64,000 nt of DNA. It comes from Takakia lepidozioides (taxonomy: Eukaryota > Plantae > Bryophyta). This document shows positions 23,299 through 34,854 of the stretch, piece by piece (position 1 is the stretch's first letter; each line of letters opens with the position of its first letter). The stretch is from the NCBI GenBank assembly GCA_030704615.1, contig CM060733.1:56854001-56918000 (forward strand). Reading direction: 5' to 3'. The translations under genes were made by a program, and so were the position numbers. The notes below the pieces were generated by a model. That model worked only from the letters and a program-made list of their open reading frames with translations, ran no database searches and was not told where the DNA came from.

Positions 23299-26200
23299 TT
23301 AAGGAGTGCCCTCACTGGTAGCGTCCCCATATTCCATCTCCATATCGTCCACCACTTTCTCGATGATCTCATCGACATCATCATCGTCATTTTTTTCTGT
23401 CGATGGATCAGAGCTCTCACTACCTAGCACAACACTATATTCTACCAGATGTTTAACCTTCCTCAACCTTTTAACCGCTCGTGTCTCACCTGGCCACATT
23501 GGCCCTTCGACAATTCGGGGGAATCCTGCTGAGCTAGCCTTTCTGCCATGTTTGCTGCACAGTCAGGAAGACACATAAGTTTGGGTGGGGTGAAGAGAAC
23601 AGCAGTTGCTTTTCGATGAAGATCTGCCCTCTTCTCGGCAATCTGTGCCCCGGTTATCAGCGTCACGTCCGTCAGTCAGCGTCAGGTCACGTCAGACCTG
23701 ACATTGACGGGACCTTCATCACGTCAGGTTCCGGGAATATTCTAGTAAAAAAAGTATCAGGTAAAATATTGCCACTTAAGCAGCCACGTCGCCGACACGG
23801 TGGCAGTGACAAATATATTTTAGAAAATAATAAAATGAAAGCGACCGCCAATTCTGGTGGTCACTTTATATTTCGAAAATTTAAAAATAAGAGCGACTGC
23901 CAATTCTGGCGATCGCTTTATATTTCGGAATTTTAGAAATAAGAGCGACCATCAACATGGCGTTCGATTCATTTTTTTTTAAATAAAAAAAACAAAATTG
24001 GCGGTCGCATTGGCGATCGCCTAATTTTCTTTAAAAAAAAGGAACCTCCGTATTGGCGGTAACATAATTTTGAAAATATATAAAAAACAAACGACCGCCA
24101 GAATTGGCAGTCGCTTGTTTTCAATAATACATCAAAAGCAAGCGACCGCCATAATATGGCCGTTGCTTTATTTTATAAATATATTTAAAAAAACCAGCAA
24201 CCACCATAATATGGCGGTCGCTTTATTTTTAAAACATATTTTAAAAAACCAGCGACTGCCATAATATGGAGGTCGCTATATTTTAAATATATTAAAAAAA
24301 CCAGCGACCGCCATAATATGGCGGTGGCTTTAATTAACAAAAAAACAAAAACAAAAACAATAACAAAAACAAAACAGTGAGTGCCATAATATGGCGGTCG
24401 CTTTATTTTAAAATATTAAAAAAATATTAAAACTATTAAAAATATAAAATATAAAATATAAAAAAATATTTTTAATTTCAGAAAATGCAGCGACCGCCAG
24501 TAATGTCAGCGCATTTATTTTTTATTTTTTAAAATAGAGCGACCGCCATTATTGGCGGTCGCTTTTGTTTTTGGTTTTTTAAAATAGAGCGACCGCCATT
24601 ACTGGCGGTCGCTTGTATATTTTTAATTTCTGAAAATGCAGCGACCGCCATTAATGACGATCGCTTTTATTTTTTATGTATTTAAATAGAGAGACCGCCA
24701 TTATTGGTGGTCATTTAAAAAAAAAACAAAATAGACCGACCGCCAATATTGGCGGTCGCTTGTATATTTTTAATTTCTGAAAATACAGCGACGGCCAGTA
24801 ATGGCGGTCGCATTTAAAAAAAAAAAATAGAGCGACCGCCACTATTGGCGGTCGTTTTTGTTCATTTATTTATTTTTAAATAGAGCGACATCCATTACTG
24901 GCGGTCGCTTGTATATTTTTAGTTTCTGAAAATGCTGCGACCGCTAGTTATGGCGGTCGCTTTTATTTTTCATTTTTAAAAATAGAGCGACCGTCTGGTG
25001 GTCGTTTGTATATTTTTAATTTTTGAAAATGTTGCCACTGCAGTAATTGCGGTCGTTTTTATTTTTTATTTTTAATTTTTTATTTAATAAAGCGACCGTC
25101 GTTACTGCCGGTCGTTTTTTTTTGTTTTTTTTAAATGTAGCGACCGCCATGGTGGCGGTCGCTTCTAGAAGGTGTACCTTACGCGTGGACCGAGGAATGA
25201 GAGGGGGGGGGGGGGGCAGATAAGCCAAGGGAGGCTCATTCTCCCCTCACTTCCTTTCCACAGAACTTATGTACGATCGCCATTACGAATCCGCCCCGCC
25301 TGAAAATGCTGCGACCGCCAGTTATGGCGGTCGCTTTTATTTGTCATTTAAAAAAATTAAGCGACTGCCATTACTGGTGGTCGTTTGTATATTTTTAATT
25401 TATGAAAATGTTGCAACTTCCAGTAATGGCGTTTTTATTATTATTATTTTAAAAATAAAAAAAAATAGAGCGACCGTCGTTACTGGCGGTCGCTTTTTTG
25501 TTTTTTTTTAAATGCAGCGACCGCCATGGTGGCGGTTGCTTCTAGAAGGTGTGCCTTATGCGTGGACCGAGGAATGAGAGGGGGGGGGGGTTTGCAGATA
25601 AGCCAAAGGAACGTCGTTCTCCCCTCACTTCCTCTCCACACAACTTATGTGCGACTGCCATTACTGGGGGTCGCTTGTATATTTTTATTTTCTGAAAATG
25701 TTGCGACTGCCAGTATTGGCGGTCGTTTTTATTGTTTAATTTTTTAAATAGAGCGACCGCCATTACTGGCGGTCGTTTTATTGTGTTTTTTTAAAAATGT
25801 AGGGTGGCGGTCGCTTCTAGAAGGTGTGGCTTACGCGTGGACCGAGGAATGAGAGGGAGGGGGGGGGGGGGGGGGGGCAAATAAGCCAAGGGAGACTCAT
25901 TCTCCCCTCACTTCCTCTCCACACAACTTATGTGCGACCGCCATTATTGGCGGTCGCTTTTGTTTTTTATTTATTTTTAAATATAACGACGGTGGTGTTT
26001 TGGGCTACCTGTAGCTGCTGCTCGTCGCCTGTCAGGAGTGGGAGGGCATTCATGCAGGTCCACTTCCTCTTCACAAAACGAAACGACGCATTGCTCGCTA
26101 TCCGTCGAAGGTCCATCTCCGTCTTGCCGTCACCCTTGCAGAAAATGAGGAGTCGCCCCACATCATCCGTGATTGCATTTGCCAACGATATGACAGAGCT

Positions 26201-29200
26201 GATGTGAGAAAGCTTCCGAACATTCCAATCTGGCACAACACCCTGTGCTCCACAATTATGCACCATCTGCCCATCTGATATATCCACAATGACGAGGTCA
26301 GTGCCTTCCTTCATGGAGGGTTCGGATACCCCCCCACGCACAGGCTCCCTCCTCTTCTTGTGGCGCTCAATGAAGGCATCTACCATTGCCCTCTCCGGTG
26401 GCCACCTCTTCGTGGTGGATTCGGTTGTCAGCCGCTACTCAACAAGTGCGAAGCTGTCACAATGGATGCATTTCACCTCACAAGTCGGCACAGACTTCTG
26501 CAGTGGACGCGCTTCAAACAAGGATTGTTTTATGGCTATGGGCAATGCCGTTGACTTAGGTACTCTGGTAGCAGCCCCCGGAAAAAGCAGACTTCGGCTG
26601 GGGCCACGACGTGCGTTTGCTAGGTCCATTCCACCTAGATGCTCGGTGATCCCCGTTATGCCATGTTGTTGAACCTGTTCGCCTTCCACCACCTGCACAT
26701 CCCCTGTCTCATCCGCCCCTTCCTGGCTTTTCTCCATCTGGGCTTTGCCTTGTTTGGCAGGAGATGACTGCTCGCCGACTCTCTGAGCCTTCTTCGGCTT
26801 CTGCTTCCTGGTGCGGCCCTTTTTTGATGCTGCCTCCGCCACAAGGGCCTCCGTGGTGTGCTCAAGATGAGCGACAACGGCATTGTGGGCTTCTGCCGCA
26901 GCGGTCTCGCTGGCACGTTGCCGGGTGGAGGTGGTATTTCTTCACCTGAAGCAATCGTCTTATATGCTTCTGCCTCCTCCACAGGGATGAAGTTCGGTGG
27001 GCAGTCCAACCACCAATAACACTGCAAATGGGAGGACCGCACGTACTCTGTAATCTGCTTGCGATTGTACATCGTGCACTCAGACCGTGTACCTGTCCAC
27101 TGAGAAACCATTGCCGGAATAGCCTGAATGTGTTTGTTGGGCAAAAGGTAGAAGTTGATGTACCTGAAAAAGTGAGGCATTTCAGATTCAGAAATCGGCA
27201 CAAACTATTGCCATTGTCAGCATGCTGTCGGGAAATCTATGCAAACTTCCCAACTACCACGTCTTGAAATACAACACAGGGTTTGTATTGTCATATCTGT
27301 ACACAAGTCAACGTGCAGGCTGTATCCCCCCCGGCTGCTCTAGGACACCCCAGCTCCTGCGTGGGCCCTCCACCATCTCACAGTGGAAAAGCTCGTTCCA
27401 GTACTCGACCATAAAATGCTCAATCCACCTGAGCAATCCCTTCATATCCTCCGTCTGACGCACCGCCAAAATCTTCGCCTTCATTAGAGAGTCCAGTTCC
27501 CTCTTCGCCGCTTGCATTTGCTGCAACAAACAAGGACTGTCAACATGGCCCTAAAATATCCACCAGACAATCAGATTACTGACATGTACATGCAAAGCCA
27601 CTGCAAGTCTGTGCCGACTTCCCGAACTGCATGTACACGGGGAGATGAATAGAGTACCTGCCACCACCAAGTGGCCTTGTCCACCCAATCACTGAATTCC
27701 TTGTCTGTTGGTGACACCGGGAAGATTCGCCTGTTGGCCGGCGGCAAATTCCATAGTTTCAACCACCCAATCTTCGCCTCCGCAGAAACGAGGCTGGTGG
27801 CAACCATATGAAGTTTCTCAAGAGTCATCTCCGCTCTATCTAGGGCTTGCAACTTGTTGTAGTATGTTGTTATCTCAAAAAGGAACCCATCGCCAAGGGC
27901 TGGATCACAGATAGAACTGTACTTGGCAATCTTTGAGTGCCATTTAGTCTTACACACTGCCAGATTTGCATCAAGAGCTGATTCCACAATCTCTGCATTC
28001 TCCGGGGTGTTGGAAAAGTGGGAATACTCCGCCAGTGTATCATCCGTTATCTCCCGGAATGACTCATGTGCCATGAACTCGACAAGGCCCTCCCGTGTCA
28101 ATGTCATCCAATTCGTGTCTCGTTTGTTGAGGCACTTGAGGTACACCTCATCGGACAGTGAATTCTTGTACTGCTCGATTGGAGTTGTTGCGCATAGCTG
28201 GAAATAGTAAAGCTTGTGTGCCAGGTCAGACTTCACATTGCCCTCTTCTGTCACCCTGCATAACAACATTGGAGTAAGCTACAGGGAGAGCAGGGTTGAG
28301 GAATGGGTAGTCGTTGCAGACTTCCCATACTATGGCAGTCCACAAAAGTAAGAAAACACCATTACATGCAGAGCCATAGCAAGACCTGGGAAGTCGGTCC
28401 AGACTACACACTGCCATTGCATGGCTCTGACAGGGTAGTCGGCATAGACTACTCACTCTCATGCCAGACCACATATTGGGTAGTTAGCACGGACTACCCG
28501 AGCAGAGAAGCTCACCATCAAACAGAATAAAATAGCATTGCATCAAACACAGCATGTTACAGAAAGCAACTGCAGAAGTCGGCACAGACTCCTCAGCACT
28601 GTCACTTCGCATGGGAAATCGGCACCGACTCCCTGCATCCTGCAGTCGGAGTAATCGCCGAGAAATGTTTGCGAATGTGAGCAAAACACTACATGACTGA
28701 CGATAGTAACAATGCTCATATGAGCAGACTATGAAGAAACGTGAGTAGTCTTACACGTTCATGCGATTCATGGCCCTTCTGACCAAAGCGATGTCCTCTT
28801 GCTTCACATCCAGAATCTTTGCATTGACTGCATAGTGCCATTCAGGGTCGTCAGCATGCTGCTCTGTTATCACATCCATCCACGCCAAGTAGCGGTGGTT
28901 GCCGTCATAGATATACAACCATTGGTTGCTCAAGAACTCCCAGGTGGTGCCCTTGATGGCCTCCTCAAAGCAGCGGTCCTCCTCCTGCCAATGCATGTCC
29001 CAGGTTGCTCTATCCTCGGCCGTGATGGAGCGGTGTTGTTCGTTGCAAGCAGAAAGGACGCAAGGGCGTCGTTGTACCCATCTCCCTAAAAAAAAAGCTT
29101 CAGCTTCTCTACCCCGGGCATTTCAGCTCGCCGAACAGCGGGTAGCGTCCTCATCCTGCACAAGGGAACACGTGGAGGGTGGCCTTTTTGGAGAAGATGG

Positions 29201-29581
29201 GAAATGGAGCTGTAGGTGTGGTTCAGGGCGCTGTCTCTCAACGTCTTTAGAGCTCTCTGCTGTCTCTCTGCAGTGAGCACCACATCTACGCCAGGCGCTG
29301 CTGGACCCCTGGCATGCTGACCCCTGTGCGAGCTCCCTGCTCCCGGCAATGAGCGGTTTGATACCGACATGGGCGAGCGATCAGATTTGTGCTGCCGAGA
29401 GGAGGATGGGGCAGAGGCGTCTGCAGATCCGGATTGCCCTTTTGTGGTGTTCCCCCGCGCCTTCCCTCGCCTGCTCCTACTCGCTGCTCTGCGAACTGGA
29501 AACAATGGTGCGGGTCCTCAGCACCATCTGCGAGGGTCTCTCAAGCTGAAAGTCGGGGTCGTCCTCACCAATAGCCTCCAT
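23299..29581 (-). pseudogene. Multi-exon gene B: homolog of gene A (ParB/Srx-like + MTase-like), interrupted, lacking the SAM-binding exons
   Basis: Motifs collinear with gene A: VPLCRMRTLPAVRRAEMPGVEKLK; LYIYDGNHRYLAW (28892-28906); TKWHSK..ICDPALG..F..EI..MTLEKLH; TDLVIVDISDG..PDWN..ANAITDDVGRLLIF..KRKWTCMNAL. Acidic last exon at 23299-23558. Probable ATG at 29581. Confidence 0.75.
23660..25990. repeat. Inserted array of GCGACCGCCA-N3/5-TGGCGGTCGC palindromes with A/T tracts, plus three copies of a ~115-bp poly-G block
   Basis: More than 25 palindromes at ~50-bp spacing. Blocks TTCTAGAAGGTGT..GGACCGAGGAATGAGAG(G)n..TTCTCCCCTCACTTCC near 25162, 25540 and 25816. ACGT-rich left end resembles the reverse complement of 17717-17760. 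Confidence 0.9.
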
Positions 29582-30859
29582 GGTTGCTGAAAAAACCGGG
29601 AGCGCCTCTCCAAAAGCGTTGCGATGTACTGCTGCAATCCACGGAGGGGCAGAAGGCGTGGGCAGACTGAGTGATGAAGTGAAGGAGCAGGTGTGGGAGC
29701 AAAGAGGCGGTTTGGCTGAAGACGAGAAAGTGGCGGCTTGGTGGAAGTCGCTTTGCGGCGACGCTTTTGGAAGACGTTTCGAAGATGCGCCACTAACATC
29801 GCAGGCCCCAAAGGGTGCCTAATCGACACGTGCGCTGCCTGACAGGTCGTAGTCATCACCTGAAAACGCACACTTGCCGGCAAGTTTGCATAGACTTCCC
29901 GGCACTTCAATCCCCAACGCGTGACCACACGACACGTGCAGTGCCACAAAACGTCACACGTAGCGTCTGTATGTGGAATTTTGCGGCAACTGCCTGATAA
30001 TGATGTTTCCGGGAAGTCTGCCCAGACTTCCCGGATTACATCAGCCTGAAAACGGGTAATTGCCGGGAAGTCTGTGACGACTTCCCGGCTGGTCTATCCC
30101 CAAATCTAAGGGTAGCCTGGACGCCTGACATTGCATGCGAGGACTGCACGTCGGTTTTCCGGGAAGTCGGCACAGACTTTCCGGTGACATTGCTGTTAGT
30201 CCGCCCAAAGTTGGACTTTCGCAGCCGCCGGGGGTGCATTTCCGGTAAGTCGGCACCGACTTGGACGTTATTTTGATGCTTGCCCCTAAAAACTGAGTCC
30301 CGGCAGGCTATTTTGGCATATTTCGACAGTTTCTCGTCTGAAAATGCCGAAAGTTGTCGCAGACTTGCCGTTTTCGTGCATCCACGTTACACGAAAACTA
30401 CATTCCGGCAGACCATTTCCAAAAGTCGGCACAGACTTCTGGCAGGTTCATTCTTGAAGAAGACATCATGAAGTGGGCTGCGCAATTTTTGCGGGTTCTT
30501 TTGCGGTTTGCGGCCTTGTGCTCAGAGGCAATTCTGCACCGACTTGCCGGTTCCATTTCGAACGGCTACGACGGACTACGTGGGTCCATCTGCAGGATAC
30601 GTTGCACTGCCGTGAAGTCGTTGCAGACTTCCGGCAAACAGTCGGAATGTTAGGGATTTACGCGGATTCTGACAGGTAAGTTGCCGTTGGAAAATGCCAG
30701 AAGAATGCCGTTTGCTGAAGGCCAAACGTGCGCCACCTGGAAAGTGGTGGACAAGGACCGCTCCATTTCAAATTTCTCAATGTACATACAAACACTGACA
30801 TCATTCTGTTTGTACTTGCACTCTGTTCAGAGCACACCTTCTACTGTGTCACTGTCAAC

Positions 30860-32800
30860 ATGGCTGAGCGCGTTCGCCTAACCTGTCCATCTGCAAATGC
30901 GTCTGTAAGAGTGGAAGCAAAGGATGGTTCGGTGATATTCGCAGACAAGGTTCTCAGATCTCGGTTTGAATTGCAGCCTAGGACGGCTGTTTTCAAAGTC
31001 GAGAAGGTGGGAGAGGATGGCGTTGTGGAAACTCGGATTGTCAGTCCTAAACGAAATGATTTTGCGCGGGCGTATGTCATTCCACACGAAACAGGTCGAC
31101 AATACATTGTATATGGGCAGCAAGCATCACCGTCGAGTGTGTCAGCATCCCTTACTCCACTGACTGCCGCATCAATATTTGGCCCACGTCCTGCGAAGAC
31201 GGAGAGTATTCAAATATTGAGTGAGGAGGATGAGGACTGCATGGTGGTTGGCAGCAGATGAACACACTCCGCACCTCCGCGCACGCGCGCAAACACCACG
31301 GAGGACGACAATGCACATGAGGTCAATGCCGACGTGTTTACTCCCACACCCGCAGATGCGGTTACAAATTCAATGGTGGACATCTTGCAGCTCCTACGCA
31401 CCAGCACCACATCCCGCAGCGAGCTTTCTAGGATCGAGTTTCATAGTGTTCAAATAGTGAAGGTGAACCATTTATCCATAAGAGTAGATGGGGACATTGT
31501 GTACGAGTTGCCGCCGACAGAAAACACCAGTGCAGCGGGCCAGCTGGAAGGCATGGACCGCAAATATGACGGAAACCCATGGACTATAACAAAAACTACA
31601 AATCTGAATGAATTCAGGTATTATGAGAATGCTCTGCAATTTCAGAATGTGCGACCTTCTTGGAGAAGTCGGCACCGATTTCTAGTGTGTACATTGGTAT
31701 CTTGCGGCACTATGAGATTTTTCTGCAATATCGAGAGTCATGTAAGTCCTTGGAGAAGTCTGTGCCGATTCCCAAACAGCACCAAGTTGAGTTTGTCATC
31801 CCGCTTCATTGAATTTCTTCATGACGCCGTGTGTTGCAGATATGTGAACTGTTTTGGGAGTTTGAAATGCGTACGGGCGACTTGCCCGTTTTTTGTGAGG
31901 GAGAGGTATCACAACGACACTTTGTGGCTGGGGACGTTGGATACGAAATTTCAAGCACAAATTATAATACCGGAGAGGACGTTTGTCTCCTCCATTTGTA
32001 ACCAAGCTCCTACATGTATGGAGGCTTGTCCGGCGAAGATGTTTTATGTTTGCGGACCTCCTGCGATGACACGTTGTGCAGTCCATGTGGGATGCCACAC
32101 CCATAGGAGTGCCACAGGCGCATCCAGAGAAGCTGTTGCGCGTGCAAATGAGGTATTGAGAGAGGAGCTCACCAGGTCTCCATCGGCACGACCAAAAGCT
32201 GTGGAGCTCAATGCGGCGCAGATGATTGTCATGCAACATATTATGTCGGCCGATGGGGGCGAAAGATGCAAACTTGACAGCGAGGAGTTGGAGGCTCTTC
32301 TGGATGCAGTTGAGGCATTTGGCAGCCCGGCAAAAAAAAATACCATCAACAGAATGAAATCACAGACAGGCCGGGGTGACGAAATGACCAGCTTGTTGCA
32401 AATGAAGTCTATGTGTGGGTATGAGTATATCCATTCCAGCAGATTTCCCAGGCAATGGAACGAGCATCAACGGTGCTTTGTCTTCAAAATGTCAACTGAT
32501 GGGCCGGCATCCGGGGTGCATCTCGTGGATATGATGAATGTTGGCGGGCCATTGGAAAATAGCTGGGTGATGTTCGACAATGTTAAACGAATAAATGGAT
32601 GGAGCACGATGGTCTGCCATGTGTACGAGCCCAACTACAGGAAGCTCATGACCATCGCCATTTGCGAGATGAAGTCGGAAGACACACCATCTCAAATGAT
32701 TATGTGGGAGAGCATCAATGAGCAGATGGTCTGAGCAAGAAAGAGACCACCGCATTTCAGAGGATTCATGGCGGACAATGCGAATGCGAACTGGGTGGCG
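30860..32800 (+). pseudogene. MULE/Mutator-like DDE transposase with Cys/His-rich (GCM/WRKY-like) N-terminal domain, 3'-truncated
   Basis: One frame from MAERVRL with two TGA stops (31259, where the 11848 copy has CGA; and 32732). Intron 31618-31839. Motifs: CFGSLKC..TCPF, C..CPAK..RCAVHVGCHTH, WVMFDNVKR (D1), FRGFMADNANANW (D2). Confidence 0.75.
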
Positions 32801-33064
32801 TACTACAACAGAACGCGGTATATCTGACTGCGAGACCGCGGTAGTCATGGGTTTCCTGACTTTGACCATGACTTCCCTATATTTTTGGACCAAATGGGGC
32901 TTCACGTAGTTGTTGAAATGATTGCGTGACTACGTAGTCCTCTGGGTGACTACATTGGTAGACTTCGTCATGACTGCATGGCTCCGCACTAGACGGAAGG
33001 TTGGTCAACGATGGTTGACCGGCGCGAGTTCACCACCAAACAGTCGTTGGAATGGCTTCTAGTG
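32801..33064. mobile_element. CACTA-like terminal remnants truncating the transposase
   Basis: Begins (T)ACTACAACAGAA and ends TTCTAGTG, with internal GACTAC/GTAGTC motifs. The two ends do not match well and there is no 3-bp TSD. Confidence 0.35.
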
Positions 33065-33475
33065 TGAAGCTTGGTAGCCAAAAGGTTAATTTTAAAAAAA
33101 AAAAAAAGTTGCTTATAGGGTTGCCCATTAGAGGGCCGGGACTTAGTTTTTTTTCTTTTTTCTCCTACTCGGTTTCTTAGTATCGAGCTGTTGTGTCATG
33201 GAACGCGAGGATCGCAGGATAGGGCGTGGGATGGAGGCTTTGTATTGAGCTACTGATGCGGGGCGAAGCGCAACCTGCACCGCAACCGCAATGGGCTCTT
33301 GGTTCCTGTTATCTTGGGAGAGTCAGCTTGGCTTGGCAGTCCGTGTTTCAATTTTACCTTTGTGGAAAAGGGTAAAAGGTCCATGGTGACATTGTCAAAT
33401 TTAGGATATCCAGAAACAGATGTGGTAGTATTGAAGATACAAAGGGAGAGTTTGAGAATATGGCTGAACGAACCT

Positions 33476-33742
33476 AGAATGTGATGATCGTGGGATATGC
33501 CCCAGCATGGATGCGGGATGGAGGCATTGGAGACCTATGAGCAAATGATGTGGGAAGGGTAAAGGCAAACCTGGTCACGTTCGTTTGTAGATGCAATGCG
33601 TGTGCGAGCCTGGCAGCCCTGGAAAAGGGCAAAGAGGTCCATGCTGACATCATCAGAGCTGGAATTGTACAAGATGTCATTCCGAACGATACCCTGGTAG
33701 ACATGTATGCCAAATGTGGCAGCATCGAAGTTGCAAAGAGAA
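33476..33742 (+). pseudogene. PLS-type PPR gene fragment
   Basis: [43 protein letters not shown]; frameshifted at the 5' side. Confidence 0.85.
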
Positions 33743-33987
33743 GGCAAATACTACTTCCATTGAGCGTTTTCATCTGTCTTCCTAGTGCAGATGCTTGGGT
33801 GCAACACAGTACAACACAATCCCTGTTCTATGAACGAGCGCTGATCACGTGGATTTAATGATGGCAGGATTCTTCTTCGACCTGTTTCAGCCTGGTTTGC
33901 CTTCCCATCAGACTCGGCCCTGGATTGCTCGGTAGAGCAGAGCTGGCATATTGAGGGTTTTACAGATCATTCACGATGATGGGACAA

Positions 33988-34854
33988 TGTTAGAGGACTG
34001 TCTGGGACTTAGGCACTTTTATGGGTTCTGTGGGGTCTGGGACTTAGACACTTTTATGGGTTTCAAGGGGTACCCTTATTTTTTACATAGACTAGTCACA
34101 GCCGACACAGCCCGCACAGCCAGTCACAGCCCATCACAGTCACATAGCTAGTCACAGCTTAACACAGCCGACACAGCCCGACACAGTCGCACAGCCAGTC
34201 ACAGCTCGACACAGCCTGACACAGCCCGACACAGTCCATCAAAGTCCAACACAGCCCGTCACAGCCGACACAGCGCCACAGCTTCGCACAGCCCTACACA
34301 GCCCGACACAGCCAGTCACAGCCCGCCACAGCCTGATACAGCCAGTCACAGCTCGGCACAGCTGGGGAACAGTTACCATTGGCAGGGAACGACTGGGGGA
34401 ACGACATCTGAAAATGAACGTGTACTACAGAGATAATGGTTAGTTAGGAAAGCGGTTAGAACAGCTAGTAAAGAGATAAAGCGGGAAGCGGGGACATCTC
34501 GGGGGATCACTTCTGGGGGAGAGGATCGCTTCTTGGAGGACTTCGGGCATCACTTTTGAGAAATGAAGCGGAGAGCGCATCTCTGAGTAGAAAGAGGGAG
34601 AGCACGGAGTAGGAGGAGAACGATCTGTTGATGCTTGATGAATGCAAGCAGTAGAGTTGTAATGTAGAGCAAATTAGAGACTCCATGGCTTCAGCCTGAT
34701 ACTTGATAGATATTAATCTGATACATACTTCATACTCACCCTGTGTAGAGAGATCGGAGTGAAGCTGTGGAATGAATGGATGAGTTGATGGAATCCGATA
34801 GATTGCTGAAGCAATCTGATACTTAAATACCAACAGTAAGGTAACTAGCTAACA
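33988..34854 (+). mobile_element. LTR (TGTTAG...CTAACA) containing a CACAGC-based minisatellite
   Basis: 6-bp inverted termini. 33988-34508 is homologous to 39310-39908, which follows a polypurine tract. Minisatellite at 34095-34362. No matching TSD. Confidence 0.6.

Larger units (their letters stand above)
22663..32800. mobile_element. Mutator-like DNA transposon family B: left terminus, ParB-MTase gene (minus), divergent transposase (plus); right end lost
   Basis: Starts GGGGGTTGTTTTTTCATGAGCGATGAGCAGATGAGCCATGAGCCATGAGCAGAG exactly where gypsy pol is cut. B-type palindromes run from ~22908 to ~31775. MULE-type transposase motifs present. Confidence 0.78.

Noticed and set aside
31618-31839. 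Treating this stretch as coding within ORF 31334-32734
   Set aside because: It has GT..AG ends, a length of 222 bp and two B palindromes. Removing it restores FRYVNCFGSLKC, so it is better read as an intron.
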